Origin: Phycisphaerae bacterium
GTDB lineage: Bacteria > Planctomycetota > Phycisphaerae > UBA1845
Reading direction: 5' to 3'
Length of the DNA: 64,000 bases
NCBI GenBank assembly: GCA_029260075.1
Contig: JAJDDY010000010.1
Span: 22,968 to 86,967, forward strand
Shown: piece by piece, positions 1 through 10,268 of the stretch
How positions within the stretch are numbered: position 1 is the first letter of the stretch
Layout of the letters: the number at the start of each line of letters is the position of its first letter
Translations under genes and position numbers: made by a program
The notes under the pieces: model-generated
Told to the model about the DNA's origin: nothing
The model's database searches: none
Seen by the model: the letters and a program-made list of their open reading frames with translations, nothing else

Positions 1-9
1 AGCCGCAAT

Positions 10-1413
10 GTGACGATAGCCTATCGCCCGTCGGTTGCCTCACCGACACCCGGCCAGCCGACGTACGCCGGCGACGTACCGGTTTCTTGGCTTGAAATCA
101 ACTCGGGGACGGCCGGCATTGATGAGCTGTTCCGATGGGTATCGCTCGGCGCCAACACGGTATCAGTCCCCGCCCGCACCGGCAGCGTGCTCAATGCCAG
201 ACAAGTGACACTCGGCGTGGAGCGCAACGGTCTGGCGCCGGCGTTCCTGGATGCCACCATGGAAGGATCGCAGTACCAAGGACTTCTCGAGATCACCGAC
301 GGGGCAGGGTTCAGACGGATCATTGGCGTTTCGACCGAGGTGCGCGGTGCCGTTGCTGGCGCCGTTGCCGGCACAACCAGCGATCGAGCCGGCCTATACA
401 TTGGCACGGTCACCGTGAATCGGGTGGGCTGGGTGACCGCCGGGGCGCGCGTTTGGACGAACACAGACGCCGAGAACCCGGAGTTCGCCGGTTTGACCCG
501 ATGCTTCGGTGGGGATAACGACGGCGGCACATGCCTTCCCGGACGCAAGTTGTGCATCGGCGACCCGGCTGTTGAACAACAACGACTCGTGTGCGAAGAA
601 AACAACGATTGCCCAGGCGCCACCGTCTGCGCCCCGGATTGTACGGGCACACAAATTGGCGGCGGACCGGCCGTTTGCACCGGTTTTTGCATCGGCGGTA
701 CGAACGACGGCGGTTCCTGTACCAGTTCAAGTCAATGCGCAACGACCACCCCTGGCGACGTCGCCGCGTGTAGCGCCGACATGCTCACCGAACCGTTGCG
801 ACCGACCGACGACGAGTTCGTCTTTCCCGTGCTCATCCACCTTAGCGATACCGGCGAATACAAGCTGCTGACAGAAGTCACGATGCGTGCTACAAAAGAC
901 GGTCGGCGTTTGATTCAAACGCCGGACTGCCCTGCGGCGCAGTGTGACCAATACGAAGGTGCATTCATCGTCGACGGTCAGTCGTTCTCCCGTCGCGTAA
1001 GCACGGCGGCGTTTGCCTTTGAGAATGATCTGCAAATGGTATCCCTCGGCGGGTTCACCGGAACCCTACGCGGCACGATCGTGATCGATCCGAACCATCC
1101 GCTCAATCCGTTCCGTCACGAATTCCACCCGGACCACGATTGCCTTGACGAAGATGGGACTCCGCTTAGTCCAGGCGCGGTGGAGAGCGAGTGTTTTCGC
1201 GTAGCGCGGTTTGTCGAGTTTGTCTTTGACCCGAACCCACCCGACGGGTCGGCCACACTCAACTGGGGCACGTCGGTTGTGGGCGGAACCTACAAAGAAA
1301 CGATCGTCGGGCTTCACCAATCGCCGCTCCGCGTCGAGGGCGACTTCGAGCTGAGCCGGGTGTCCTCCATTGAGAAGCTCAACACACCTGTAGATTCGGT
1401 GGTGCTCCCATGA
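10..1413 (+). CDS. Cys-rich repeat exoprotein-like ORF of unknown function; probably continues upstream of the window
   Basis: The ORF is open to the window edge. It carries two CxGGxNDGxxC modules (CFGGDNDGGTC at nt 502-534, CIGGTNDGGSC at nt 688-720), the same module found in the downstream giant ORF. Its stop overlaps the next start (ATGA at 1410-1413). Confidence 0.6.
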   Translation: MTIAYRPSVASPTPGQPTYAGDVPVSWLEINSGTAGIDELFRWVSLGANTVSVPARTGSVLNARQVTLGVERNGLAPAFLDATMEGSQYQGLLEITDGAGFRRIIGVSTEVRGAVAGAVAGTTSDRAGLYIGTVTVNRVGWVTAGARVWTNTDAENPEFAGLTRCFGGDNDGGTCLPGRKLCIGDPAVEQQRLVCEENNDCPGATVCAPDCTGTQIGGGPAVCTGFCIGGTNDGGSCTSSSQCATTTPGDVAACSADMLTEPLRPTDDEFVFPVLIHLSDTGEYKLLTEVTMRATKDGRRLIQTPDCPAAQCDQYEGAFIVDGQSFSRRVSTAAFAFENDLQMVSLGGFTGTLRGTIVIDPNHPLNPFRHEFHPDHDCLDEDGTPLSPGAVESECFRVARFVEFVFDPNPPDGSATLNWGTSVVGGTYKETIVGLHQSPLRVEGDFELSRVSSIEKLNTPVDSVVLP

Positions 1414-4400
1414 TCCATGTTACTTCCAACAACAGAACGGCAACCTCAATGATGCATGGAACAGTGGTGCGGGCAGAGCGTACGTCGAATCGCGCTCCGA
1501 GCGGTCGAATGATGCGCAACAAGAATCGGCCTATGCCGAGACTCATGATGGCGACGCTTATGGCCATCGCGCTGCCGAACACAGCGAACACAGCGAGTGC
1601 GGCGGTTACGGTCAACGTGCCTACGACCGGAGTCGTGGTCGTCGAGGCCACCGGATCGGATCAGATCGTGCTACTGTGTAAGGGGGACGGTCTATTCATA
1701 AACGGCGTGCCTCGGGGAAATCTGTGCGGCACCATGATACGCCTTGTCGTACTGGGCGGCGATGGTGCCAACACAATCCAGTTGTCCGGTCTCCTTCGGG
1801 CCGACACCCCGCAGCTTTCCGTGATCGAGGTGCGCGGCGGGTTCGGAGACGACGTGATCGTCGGATCCGATATTGCCAACATCGCACAAGAAATCTTGGA
1901 TGGTGGTCGCGACAACGACACGATCCACGGTGGCGACGGCAACGACACAATCCTGGGCGGGGCTGGCGATGACATCCTCAACGGCGGAGCCGGCAATGAT
2001 CAGCTCAATGGTGGCCCCGGCAACGATCTCTATCGATACCTTTCCGACGGCGGCGGCATCGACACGATCATTGAACAACCCGGCGAAGGGAATAACGATC
2101 GGGCCACGTTTACGTCGAACAAGTCCGGCGACTACACCATCACGCCGTCGCTCGTGGAACGTGGCGCCAAAGGCAGTGAAGATCGTCTGGCGTTCGACGT
2201 GCGATTCTGTGCAGGCGGCGAGAACGATGGTGTGTCGTGCGTCGATCAGTCCGACTGCCGCAGCATCGACCGCGTAATACCCAACGACGGCGTATGCGAG
2301 GGATTCGTGGAGCGTGTCACGATTCTGGGCGACTCGCCGATCAAAGGCGACGACAGCGATACGTACAAGGTGTTCCCCTCCCGCAGCACCATCTTCACCA
2401 TTGCCGATCTCGGTCCATCCCCCGGCGACGTCCTCATCTACGACCACCGGCTGAATCAACCAGCCTGCCCCGCAGACACGGGCACGGCGATTGTCACGGA
2501 TGGTGGCGTGCTCTCGGTGTTCCACTCTGGCATCGAGTCAATCATCATCAGAAAGGCCGACTGTCAAGCCGCCACGTGCGACGCAGGCGACAACGTCGGG
2601 CTGGTCTGCTTCGACAACACCGATTGCCCCGGCGGAACTTGTGTCCCTGCCGGTAACACCTTTGAGGACGGTTGCGAGCTTCTCGATGGTGGGGCGTTCG
2701 ACTGCGGCGGCGAGGGCATTCCCGACGTGTGTCAGGAGATCACGGACTGTAACCGTAACGGTCGAAGTGACGTCTGCGACCCGGACAGCGACGCGGACGG
2801 CAAGATCGACGACTGTGACAACTGCCCGAACGTTCCGAACGGCCCCTCACTGGGAACGTGCATGAACGCAGGCGCCCCCGCCCCCACCTGTGCTAATGAC
2901 GCCGAATGTGACTCGGTGCCCGCTGCAGGTGACGGCGATTGCGACAACGACCAATTGGACAGTGACGGCGATGGCAATGGCGACGTCTGTGACGACTGCG
3001 TCTCGTTCTGCAATCCGCGTATCTGCATCGGCGGTGAGAACGACGGGCGAATCTGCGAGCTCGATCTCGAAAGAGACGAATGCCCAGGTGGCGTGTGCCA
3101 ACAGCTTGACGCCAACAACAACCAAATCGGCGACGCCTGCGAAGTACGCATCGGCACCGAGTATCCCATTCCACCGGCGCCGTCCGAAGCGGAGGGTTGC
3201 AATCCCTTGTCGCCCGTCCCCTGCACGTGCATCGACTACTCGACAGTCAGTCGCGCGCGGACGAGTGCAGCCATCTTCGATGCCACCTGCAACGGCGGCA
3301 ACGACGACGGTGGTGTCTGTCTCTTTGACGCCGATTGTACACCGGGGGGCGTATGCGAAGCACCGCTGAGTACGTCCGTCGATCCACCACAGGCGGCGTT
3401 GTACTACGCAGAAACGGTCGGCCCGGACCACATGTTTGTCACGGAAAAGGCGCTGGCTAATACGGAAATTCCTGTCGACATCACTTGGTTGGATTCAGCC
3501 GACGGCCTCGTGGGCATTCCGATTCGATACTTCGTTACCTCGGAGCTCCCGACGCCCGTCAAGGCTGATCCGCCGAACGGTATTCCCAGCGACATCGATG
3601 TGGTCAAGGTGCCGAGAAACCTCATTCTGAATCCCTTGAACACGTACAGTCTGACGATTTCCACGAATCGAACACCACTAATAATCTTCAACAGCCACAT
3701 TCGCGCAGCCCACGGCACAAGGTTCGACGACCTGAATTTCAGCCCATCGCTCAACGGATTCTCCGTCGTCCTGAACCCCACGATCGACACGGAATATGTG
3801 GCGGTCCTTTGGTTGGATGGTGCGTTGGGTGGACCGGTGGACGGCGTCGAGATTCTCGATATTCGAGACTTCGCATTCGCCGACCACGTCGGGGACGTCG
3901 GAACCCAACTCCCGATTCCGACGGGTGCCGACTGCCGAGCGGACCTGTTCGTCAACACAACCACCGAACCGCCGGCATCCGTAACACTCGGCTGGCAGCG
4001 TCTGGAATCTCCGCTCGATGTCTGGTACCAACGCCCCACGCTCGGCCCGGCGGACGACCTGCAAATCGTTTGGCTACGCCGCTCGAATCTCGAAGGGCAC
4101 TGCTGGCCAGTAGAGTGGACGCGGCACGAAGCCAACTGGCCGACCGATCCGCAGCACTTCGTCGTGGACCGCGCCGCCGCGTCTCCACCCATGCTTGTCG
4201 ATTTGCCGCTTGGCGATACGGAGCCGTATTGCAGCGCCGACGCCGTATACCAACAGCCTGCGGATGGTTCCGTCGCTCTGCCGAAACCGAAGATCGAGAA
4301 CAACATGTTCACGATGGAGGATCCGGGGTGGACGGTCGTGCGGTTCGACATCAAAGCCGAAGAGGTGGGATGCGCAGACCTTCCCGGGACCGTCGCACGA

Positions 4401-7400
4401 CCCACGCGTACCAGCGTCATTTTTGAGGTCATTCAGGGGTTTGATCGCACCGACGACACTGTGTTCATCGACGCCGGCGCCGACGTGCTCGACCAGTTTG
4501 CTTGTGATGGCGGTACTGATGACACGTTGCCCTGCACCGTGCCGAGTGATTGTCGCGGTGGGGCTTGCGTCCGCGTGTGGAACATCGGAACGCAGATCGA
4601 CGACCCAAGTCATAGTCTTTCGACGCGATTGTGGCCGTTCGGATACTTGCACATCGGGCAGCCATTCGCCCCGTGCATCTACAACGACGGATTCTTCGGT
4701 TGCCTTGCAGGCACGGCTACCGGGCAGATTTTCCCAGTCAACTCGGGCGATGCGCACGGCACGCTCGAACCCTGGTGGTTCCAGGAAGGACGGTTTGCGC
4801 CCGGAATCTTTTGGCCTCATAAGGTCGGCGTGTACGACCCGGTCTGGCCTGTCACCGACGACCCGACCGATCCGCGCGACGATCCGTTTGACATTGTAAT
4901 CGCCTCACGAATTGGTGCCGGCGACTATCCCGATGGAGCCGAGGTGTACCATCGCGGTGACTATGCCACCCGCGTAAACGATGCCAATGTTCTGGAAGGT
5001 TGGAACCCCAACGATGAGCACGCCCGCGTGCTGTCGGGTCGGGTATACGCCGTGCGTGACGACAACCCGTGGCAATCCGCGTCCGGACATCCTTACGTCA
5101 TCGTGAAATATCGCGACCCCCCCCCGCCGCTGACATTCGGCGCTGCACCTATTCCGTGGAACATGGGCGTGCATCGTGTCGTGGGCGAAGACGCTGTGGA
5201 CACGTTTGACTACACCCACTTTGCCACCGAATCCGGCGACCCGATTACTGTCGTTGCGGGGATGCCGATTGATCCGCTGTTCCCCGTCAACTTCGGCGGT
5301 GTGGCTGCGTGCTTGGACGGCGGAGCACCACCCCAACCCCTCACGAGCATCACCACGGTGTGTCTGGGCGGAACGAATGACGGATCGGTGTGCGCAACGG
5401 CTGCGGAGTGTACCGGTGGAGGAATTTGTACGGACGACGCCCTCTTCGTCGATCGCATCGGCGTAATCTGGGGCATCGAAGGCTTCCCGGACGACGTCGC
5501 CAATCCATTGCAATTCTGCAAAGGCGGACCGAACGACGGCAACCTGTGCGTGGAAGACGCCGACTGCCAGGTCAACCTGAACGACGTGACCAGCGTCTGT
5601 CGCGGAAGCGCCGCAGCCATCCTCCTATACGAAAACTGGGCCGAGGATGTGGGCTGCCAGCCGTGGCGTGCCAACGAGCCGGTCGACGGCGCCGTCGACG
5701 CAACCCAGCCGTTTCCCATCGTGTACCGCCCGGGATGGCCGTCCACCGACTGCAACTTCCTGACCGACCCAACGTGCCCGCGTCCCTTGAAGATCGGTCA
5801 GACAATCGTCGATCAAACAGGCCAGTGCGGCCGCGCGATCTGCCCACACAACAGCGCCGGCGTCAAGCTTTTGGATTCGACGCGACTTGTTCGTGTCCCG
5901 CTTGATGAGCTCCCGCCGGAGGTCGATTTCCGCAACCTCCCGCCGCACCTGTTCGCCGGAACCATTGGCGGATCGCTGCCGTTCCCCGATCGCATCAAGT
6001 TCCTGAACCGCGAGCTCATCTTCCGTGGCGTCATGAGCGATCGCGACCGGGACATCATCAAGTCGTTGAGTCCCGACGGGCTCTACCAAACCGCGATCGA
6101 TGACCTACAGGTTCTGTCCCACGCCGAAGCCGTGGTGGATTGCACCGAGGTGCCGCCGACGGACGTTCCCGAGGAAAAATTCGTATCGGCTGCGATTCCT
6201 ACGGCAAAGGAAGGCTGGGTCTCGCTGGTCTTCGCAAACGACGACGCGTGCGCTCCTGTCGGATCACCGGACGTGCAGATTTGGCGCGTGACCTGCGGAC
6301 CCTACGAAGGGGAAATTCGAGTCCTAACGCCCACGTGTCCGTTCAACGAAAAGCAAGTGCTGCAACACACACCCGACGCCGGTGGGCAACCGGAGGGTTT
6401 GTTCTACCACTGGCAATGGTCGGAAAGTCAAGATGGACCCTGGTTCGACTACGCTCCGCCCTCCGAATTCTTAAGCGGTCAAGGTCTTCGCGAAGTCGTC
6501 ATCGGTGGACCGTCACCGTTTACGCTGGCCGACAGTTGGTGGCGTGTTCGCTATCGAGGCTACGTCAATTGCGCCTGCACCGAAGGACTGGACTGTCTGC
6601 CCGTCTGCAACGACGCGCCGGAATTCTGCAATCCTGACGACCAGATCGTCTGGCCGAATCGCCTCGGCGGCGATGACACGATGATCAGCAAGTGGACGGA
6701 ACCGCAACTGGCCGAGGGATGGATCAAGCGTGTGCTTCGCGGACTCAATCCGTTTGACCAGCGCGTCAGGGACTTCCACACCACCGCCGTCGCCACGTAT
6801 GTAAGCCTCATCCAACAGGCGGGCAACCGATTCGAGGCGCCCATCGCGCTCAACTGCACGCCGTCCAACATCAACAACATTGGCCTCATTGAGGCCTACA
6901 CCACCGTATTGCGCCGCGCGCGTCTGTTCAGTATCGACGTCGGCGTCAGCTACGATCCCGCCAACCTCGCGATCATGCTGGTGACCAATCAAATCGCCGA
7001 GCTGTACATGTTATTGGGTAACGAAGCCTTCGCCGACGCCCTCGACCCAACCATCGGATTCTTCGGCGATACGCCGCCCGCAGATCCCACGGCCGCCTTC
7101 TCGTTCGAGGGACAGGTACCCAATCTCCTAGAGGAAGAGCTGGGCATGCTCCGCGGTCGAAGTGATCCGGGCGACAACATCAAAGATGCAGACCAATTCG
7201 TAATCGCTACGCCCTACAACCGCCTGCTGTGGAACTTCCTTCCCGGCAACGCACCCGGACGTGTGGCGTACGCCAACAACTACCAAACCACGACCGAACC
7301 ACAAGCCTTGGGTTTGTATCCACAGGGTCACGGGGACGCATGGGGGCACTACCTGACGTCCGTGAAGTCTTACTATCAACTGTTACGGCATCCGGTGTTC

Positions 7401-10268
7401 GAGTGGGTTAATTCAACCGAGTTCGTGCTGATCGCCGGTCAGCAACCGCTCGAAGTCACCTATCAATACGAACGCAAGTTCGCCCAAGCCGCAGCGGCAA
7501 AGGCGAAAACCGGCGCCGCCATCACGTCGTTAACCTTCCGCGAGCTGTACACCGCCGACGCGACCAAGCAGGTCGGATATCCTGATCCATCCACGGAGTT
7601 TCCGACGCGAAAATGGGGCGTGGCCGATTGGGCTCGCCGTGCCGGTCGCGGTGCCTACTTCGACTGGGTGCTCGTCAACGCCCTCGTGGACGACGACGAC
7701 GACGACCCGGATCACCAAAACACGATCCAAAAAGTTGATCGTTCGACCATTCAGGAAATTCGAGAGATTTCCGCCGCCTTCGGCGAAATGCAGGACACGC
7801 TCGACAACGCGGACAACGGGTTGAACCCACTGGGTTTGGCCAACAACGTCGTGCCGTTCGGCCTCGATCCGGAAGCGATCGCCGCGGGCAAAACCCACTT
7901 CGACCAGGTCTTCGAGCGTGCGCTCGACTCGGCTTCGTGGGCGGTTCGAGTGTTCAATTACGCCAACGACAACACGCGGCGACTGCGGTCATTACAGAAC
8001 GACGTGCTCGAATTCCAATTCCTCACTGAGGAACGCGAGATGGACTTCACGAATCGTCTGATCGAAGTCTTCGGCCGACCTTATCCAGAAACGGTCGGTC
8101 CCGGAAAAACCTACTCGACGGACGAATGCCCCGACGGCCAATGTCCGGACATCATTTACTTCAACTACATCGACGCTTCGAGAATTGCTGAGTTTGGGTT
8201 CCCGCAGACGATCGATCCAACTTCGACGTCGCACTCGTTGAGTTTCACCTATCGCGATCGAAAGATTGATCCGGTCACCGGCGCTGTCGTGGACACGGCC
8301 TCAACCTCGAACGATTTGTGTAACCCGGCAGCCGGGGGAAGTGCGTGCGGCCGAATCGTCGACTTCAACGTCGATGAAGTTTTCGGTGTCACGAAACCCG
8401 ATGGTTGGGGTCAGCGACCGGAACCGGGTGCGATTCAGCAGTCGAAGACCAAGTTGGTCCAAGCCACTGGAAAGTACGTGCAGGCGTACGAAGCGTGGCG
8501 AGACTACATCGATCGCATCCAGTGCGCCGTCGACACCCTAACCAATGTCTACGCGTTCCAAGCGGAAGAGGTAAGCGTCAAGAGTTCGTTGCGCACCCAA
8601 ACCGAGGCCATTCGCACTACGCTTCTAGGGCTGCGCGTTGGCGAGCGAGTCCTGGGGTACGCTAAGAGCGCTCTAATTTCCAGCGTCGATGTGATAAAAT
8701 CAGCCCTTCCGAAGGTAGTTGGAGCGGGCTTTACCGTTGTGGTAGACCCCACCTTCGTTGCCCGGGGTGCGCTTGAAGGCGGAAAAAAGATCGGCGTCAA
8801 GGTGATCGAGGCGCTGGAAGAGGCCGCTTGGTTCGGACAGCAAGGGCTCGAGGAAGGACTGTTCTGGGCGGGCGAAGACGCACAGCGTGAACTCGGCGGA
8901 TGGGAGCGCGTTCGCGAAACGGAAGCCCTGGTTCGCGACGTCGAAACCCTTCTCGGCGAAGAGCCGACCCAACGCATCAAGGTCTTCATCGCCGGCGAGG
9001 GCGTCAAGCAAGCCATGGGCGAATACCAAGCTGCCCTAGGCCGAGGCATCCGACTGTTGCAGGAGCGCGATGCGTTCCGCCAGAAGACCGCCGTTCAAGT
9101 TTCCCAGCAGCGCTATCAAGACGCTGCGTTCCGCGTCTTCCGCAATGAGTCGCTTCAGAAGTATCGCGCCCAGTTCGACCTGTCCGCCCGGTACGCCTAC
9201 CTCGCCGCGGCCGCATACGACTACGAGACCGGGCTGCTCGGCTCGCAAACCCAAAGCGGCCAGCGTTTCTTGACCGACATCGTCAAAGAACGCATCCTCG
9301 GTCCGTTCGCGTGTACGGCCGGTGGCGTTTGTTCGGCTGTTCCGGGTAACGGACTAAGCGGCAAGCTGGCGCAGATGGAGCAAAGCTTTGATGCGGTACG
9401 CGTTGATCTCGGTTTCAACGCCGGCGCGGAATTCGACCGCACCTTCAGCTTACGCTGGGAGATGTTCCGCATTCCCAACACGCCCGAGTTCGACGAGACC
9501 TGGCGGCAGAAGCTTGTTCAGTTCCAGCACCCCAACATCAACACGCTTTCGGAATACCTAGAGTTTGCCCAACCGCTGCAAGGGGCGCCCGATCCGAACC
9601 CGGCGTTGGTCATACCGTTCCAAACCAAGTTGATTTCCGGCCGGAACTTCTTCGGTCGACCGTCGACGGGTGATGTGACCATGCCGTCCGATTGGTTCGC
9701 CCTGCGGATCAACGAATACGGCATTCGGTTCGAGGACTACCCCGGCGCTCCGCTGAACATCATCACCAACGTCTACGTTATCCCGGTCGGGCTCGACGTG
9801 ACGCGCGTTCCGCTTTGCAGCGAAGCTCCGATACGCGAATGGGATTTGCTCGATCAACTGATCCCGAACCCATTCCCACTGTCGAACGACTTCGAGTCGC
9901 CGACGTGGCAACCGTGGGACTCGCTATCCGGCGGTGCGAGCGGCTTCGTACAGCGCCGACTCATTCCGTCGGTCCCGGCGTGCGACTTCCTCACCGGCAC
10001 CTGCGAGCGCAGCCCCAAGCTCGCCGGCCGTTCGGTGTGGAATACGCAATGGCTGCTGATCATTCCCGAGTCCGAGCTCGCTGGCTCGAACGAAGTGGAC
10101 GGAGTGGACGTGTTCATTAACGGCGCCGGCGGAAGGCCGGGCACCAGCGACATCAAACTATTGATCAAGTCGAATGGCTACTCCGGGTGTACCCTGCCGT
10201 CACTGACGACGGACGAGAACGACGATTTCGCGCAGCCCATCAGTGTCCTGGATTCGACAAATGATTGA
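1410..10268 (+). CDS. Giant (2952 aa) secreted multidomain protein: RTX-type Ca-binding repeats, thrombospondin type-3-like repeats, recurrent CxGGxNDGxxC Cys modules and a long uncharacterised C-terminal half
   Basis: Uninterrupted 8.9-kb ORF. Signal-like segment MPRLMMATLMAIALPNTANTASA. RTX-type repeats GGDGNDTILGGAGDDILNGGAGNDQLNGGPGND at nt ~1925-2025. TSP3-like repeats DPDSDADGKIDDCDNCPNVPN and DSDGDGNGDVCDDC at nt ~2776-3000. Cys modules include CAGGENDGVSC (nt 2208-2240), CIGGENDGRIC, CNGGNDDGGVC, CDGGTDDTLPC, CLGGTNDGSVC and CKGGPNDGNLC. The exact start is uncertain (in-frame ATGs between 1410 and ~1545). Confidence 0.85.
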   Translation: MIHVTSNNRTATSMMHGTVVRAERTSNRAPSGRMMRNKNRPMPRLMMATLMAIALPNTANTASAAVTVNVPTTGVVVVEATGSDQIVLLCKGDGLFINGVPRGNLCGTMIRLVVLGGDGANTIQLSGLLRADTPQLSVIEVRGGFGDDVIVGSDIANIAQEILDGGRDNDTIHGGDGNDTILGGAGDDILNGGAGNDQLNGGPGNDLYRYLSDGGGIDTIIEQPGEGNNDRATFTSNKSGDYTITPSLVERGAKGSEDRLAFDVRFCAGGENDGVSCVDQSDCRSIDRVIPNDGVCEGFVERVTILGDSPIKGDDSDTYKVFPSRSTIFTIADLGPSPGDVLIYDHRLNQPACPADTGTAIVTDGGVLSVFHSGIESIIIRKADCQAATCDAGDNVGLVCFDNTDCPGGTCVPAGNTFEDGCELLDGGAFDCGGEGIPDVCQEITDCNRNGRSDVCDPDSDADGKIDDCDNCPNVPNGPSLGTCMNAGAPAPTCANDAECDSVPAAGDGDCDNDQLDSDGDGNGDVCDDCVSFCNPRICIGGENDGRICELDLERDECPGGVCQQLDANNNQIGDACEVRIGTEYPIPPAPSEAEGCNPLSPVPCTCIDYSTVSRARTSAAIFDATCNGGNDDGGVCLFDADCTPGGVCEAPLSTSVDPPQAALYYAETVGPDHMFVTEKALANTEIPVDITWLDSADGLVGIPIRYFVTSELPTPVKADPPNGIPSDIDVVKVPRNLILNPLNTYSLTISTNRTPLIIFNSHIRAAHGTRFDDLNFSPSLNGFSVVLNPTIDTEYVAVLWLDGALGGPVDGVEILDIRDFAFADHVGDVGTQLPIPTGADCRADLFVNTTTEPPASVTLGWQRLESPLDVWYQRPTLGPADDLQIVWLRRSNLEGHCWPVEWTRHEANWPTDPQHFVVDRAAASPPMLVDLPLGDTEPYCSADAVYQQPADGSVALPKPKIENNMFTMEDPGWTVVRFDIKAEEVGCADLPGTVARPTRTSVIFEVIQGFDRTDDTVFIDAGADVLDQFACDGGTDDTLPCTVPSDCRGGACVRVWNIGTQIDDPSHSLSTRLWPFGYLHIGQPFAPCIYNDGFFGCLAGTATGQIFPVNSGDAHGTLEPWWFQEGRFAPGIFWPHKVGVYDPVWPVTDDPTDPRDDPFDIVIASRIGAGDYPDGAEVYHRGDYATRVNDANVLEGWNPNDEHARVLSGRVYAVRDDNPWQSASGHPYVIVKYRDPPPPLTFGAAPIPWNMGVHRVVGEDAVDTFDYTHFATESGDPITVVAGMPIDPLFPVNFGGVAACLDGGAPPQPLTSITTVCLGGTNDGSVCATAAECTGGGICTDDALFVDRIGVIWGIEGFPDDVANPLQFCKGGPNDGNLCVEDADCQVNLNDVTSVCRGSAAAILLYENWAEDVGCQPWRANEPVDGAVDATQPFPIVYRPGWPSTDCNFLTDPTCPRPLKIGQTIVDQTGQCGRAICPHNSAGVKLLDSTRLVRVPLDELPPEVDFRNLPPHLFAGTIGGSLPFPDRIKFLNRELIFRGVMSDRDRDIIKSLSPDGLYQTAIDDLQVLSHAEAVVDCTEVPPTDVPEEKFVSAAIPTAKEGWVSLVFANDDACAPVGSPDVQIWRVTCGPYEGEIRVLTPTCPFNEKQVLQHTPDAGGQPEGLFYHWQWSESQDGPWFDYAPPSEFLSGQGLREVVIGGPSPFTLADSWWRVRYRGYVNCACTEGLDCLPVCNDAPEFCNPDDQIVWPNRLGGDDTMISKWTEPQLAEGWIKRVLRGLNPFDQRVRDFHTTAVATYVSLIQQAGNRFEAPIALNCTPSNINNIGLIEAYTTVLRRARLFSIDVGVSYDPANLAIMLVTNQIAELYMLLGNEAFADALDPTIGFFGDTPPADPTAAFSFEGQVPNLLEEELGMLRGRSDPGDNIKDADQFVIATPYNRLLWNFLPGNAPGRVAYANNYQTTTEPQALGLYPQGHGDAWGHYLTSVKSYYQLLRHPVFEWVNSTEFVLIAGQQPLEVTYQYERKFAQAAAAKAKTGAAITSLTFRELYTADATKQVGYPDPSTEFPTRKWGVADWARRAGRGAYFDWVLVNALVDDDDDDPDHQNTIQKVDRSTIQEIREISAAFGEMQDTLDNADNGLNPLGLANNVVPFGLDPEAIAAGKTHFDQVFERALDSASWAVRVFNYANDNTRRLRSLQNDVLEFQFLTEEREMDFTNRLIEVFGRPYPETVGPGKTYSTDECPDGQCPDIIYFNYIDASRIAEFGFPQTIDPTSTSHSLSFTYRDRKIDPVTGAVVDTASTSNDLCNPAAGGSACGRIVDFNVDEVFGVTKPDGWGQRPEPGAIQQSKTKLVQATGKYVQAYEAWRDYIDRIQCAVDTLTNVYAFQAEEVSVKSSLRTQTEAIRTTLLGLRVGERVLGYAKSALISSVDVIKSALPKVVGAGFTVVVDPTFVARGALEGGKKIGVKVIEALEEAAWFGQQGLEEGLFWAGEDAQRELGGWERVRETEALVRDVETLLGEEPTQRIKVFIAGEGVKQAMGEYQAALGRGIRLLQERDAFRQKTAVQVSQQRYQDAAFRVFRNESLQKYRAQFDLSARYAYLAAAAYDYETGLLGSQTQSGQRFLTDIVKERILGPFACTAGGVCSAVPGNGLSGKLAQMEQSFDAVRVDLGFNAGAEFDRTFSLRWEMFRIPNTPEFDETWRQKLVQFQHPNINTLSEYLEFAQPLQGAPDPNPALVIPFQTKLISGRNFFGRPSTGDVTMPSDWFALRINEYGIRFEDYPGAPLNIITNVYVIPVGLDVTRVPLCSEAPIREWDLLDQLIPNPFPLSNDFESPTWQPWDSLSGGASGFVQRRLIPSVPACDFLTGTCERSPKLAGRSVWNTQWLLIIPESELAGSNEVDGVDVFINGAGGRPGTSDIKLLIKSNGYSGCTLPSLTTDENDDFAQPISVLDSTND

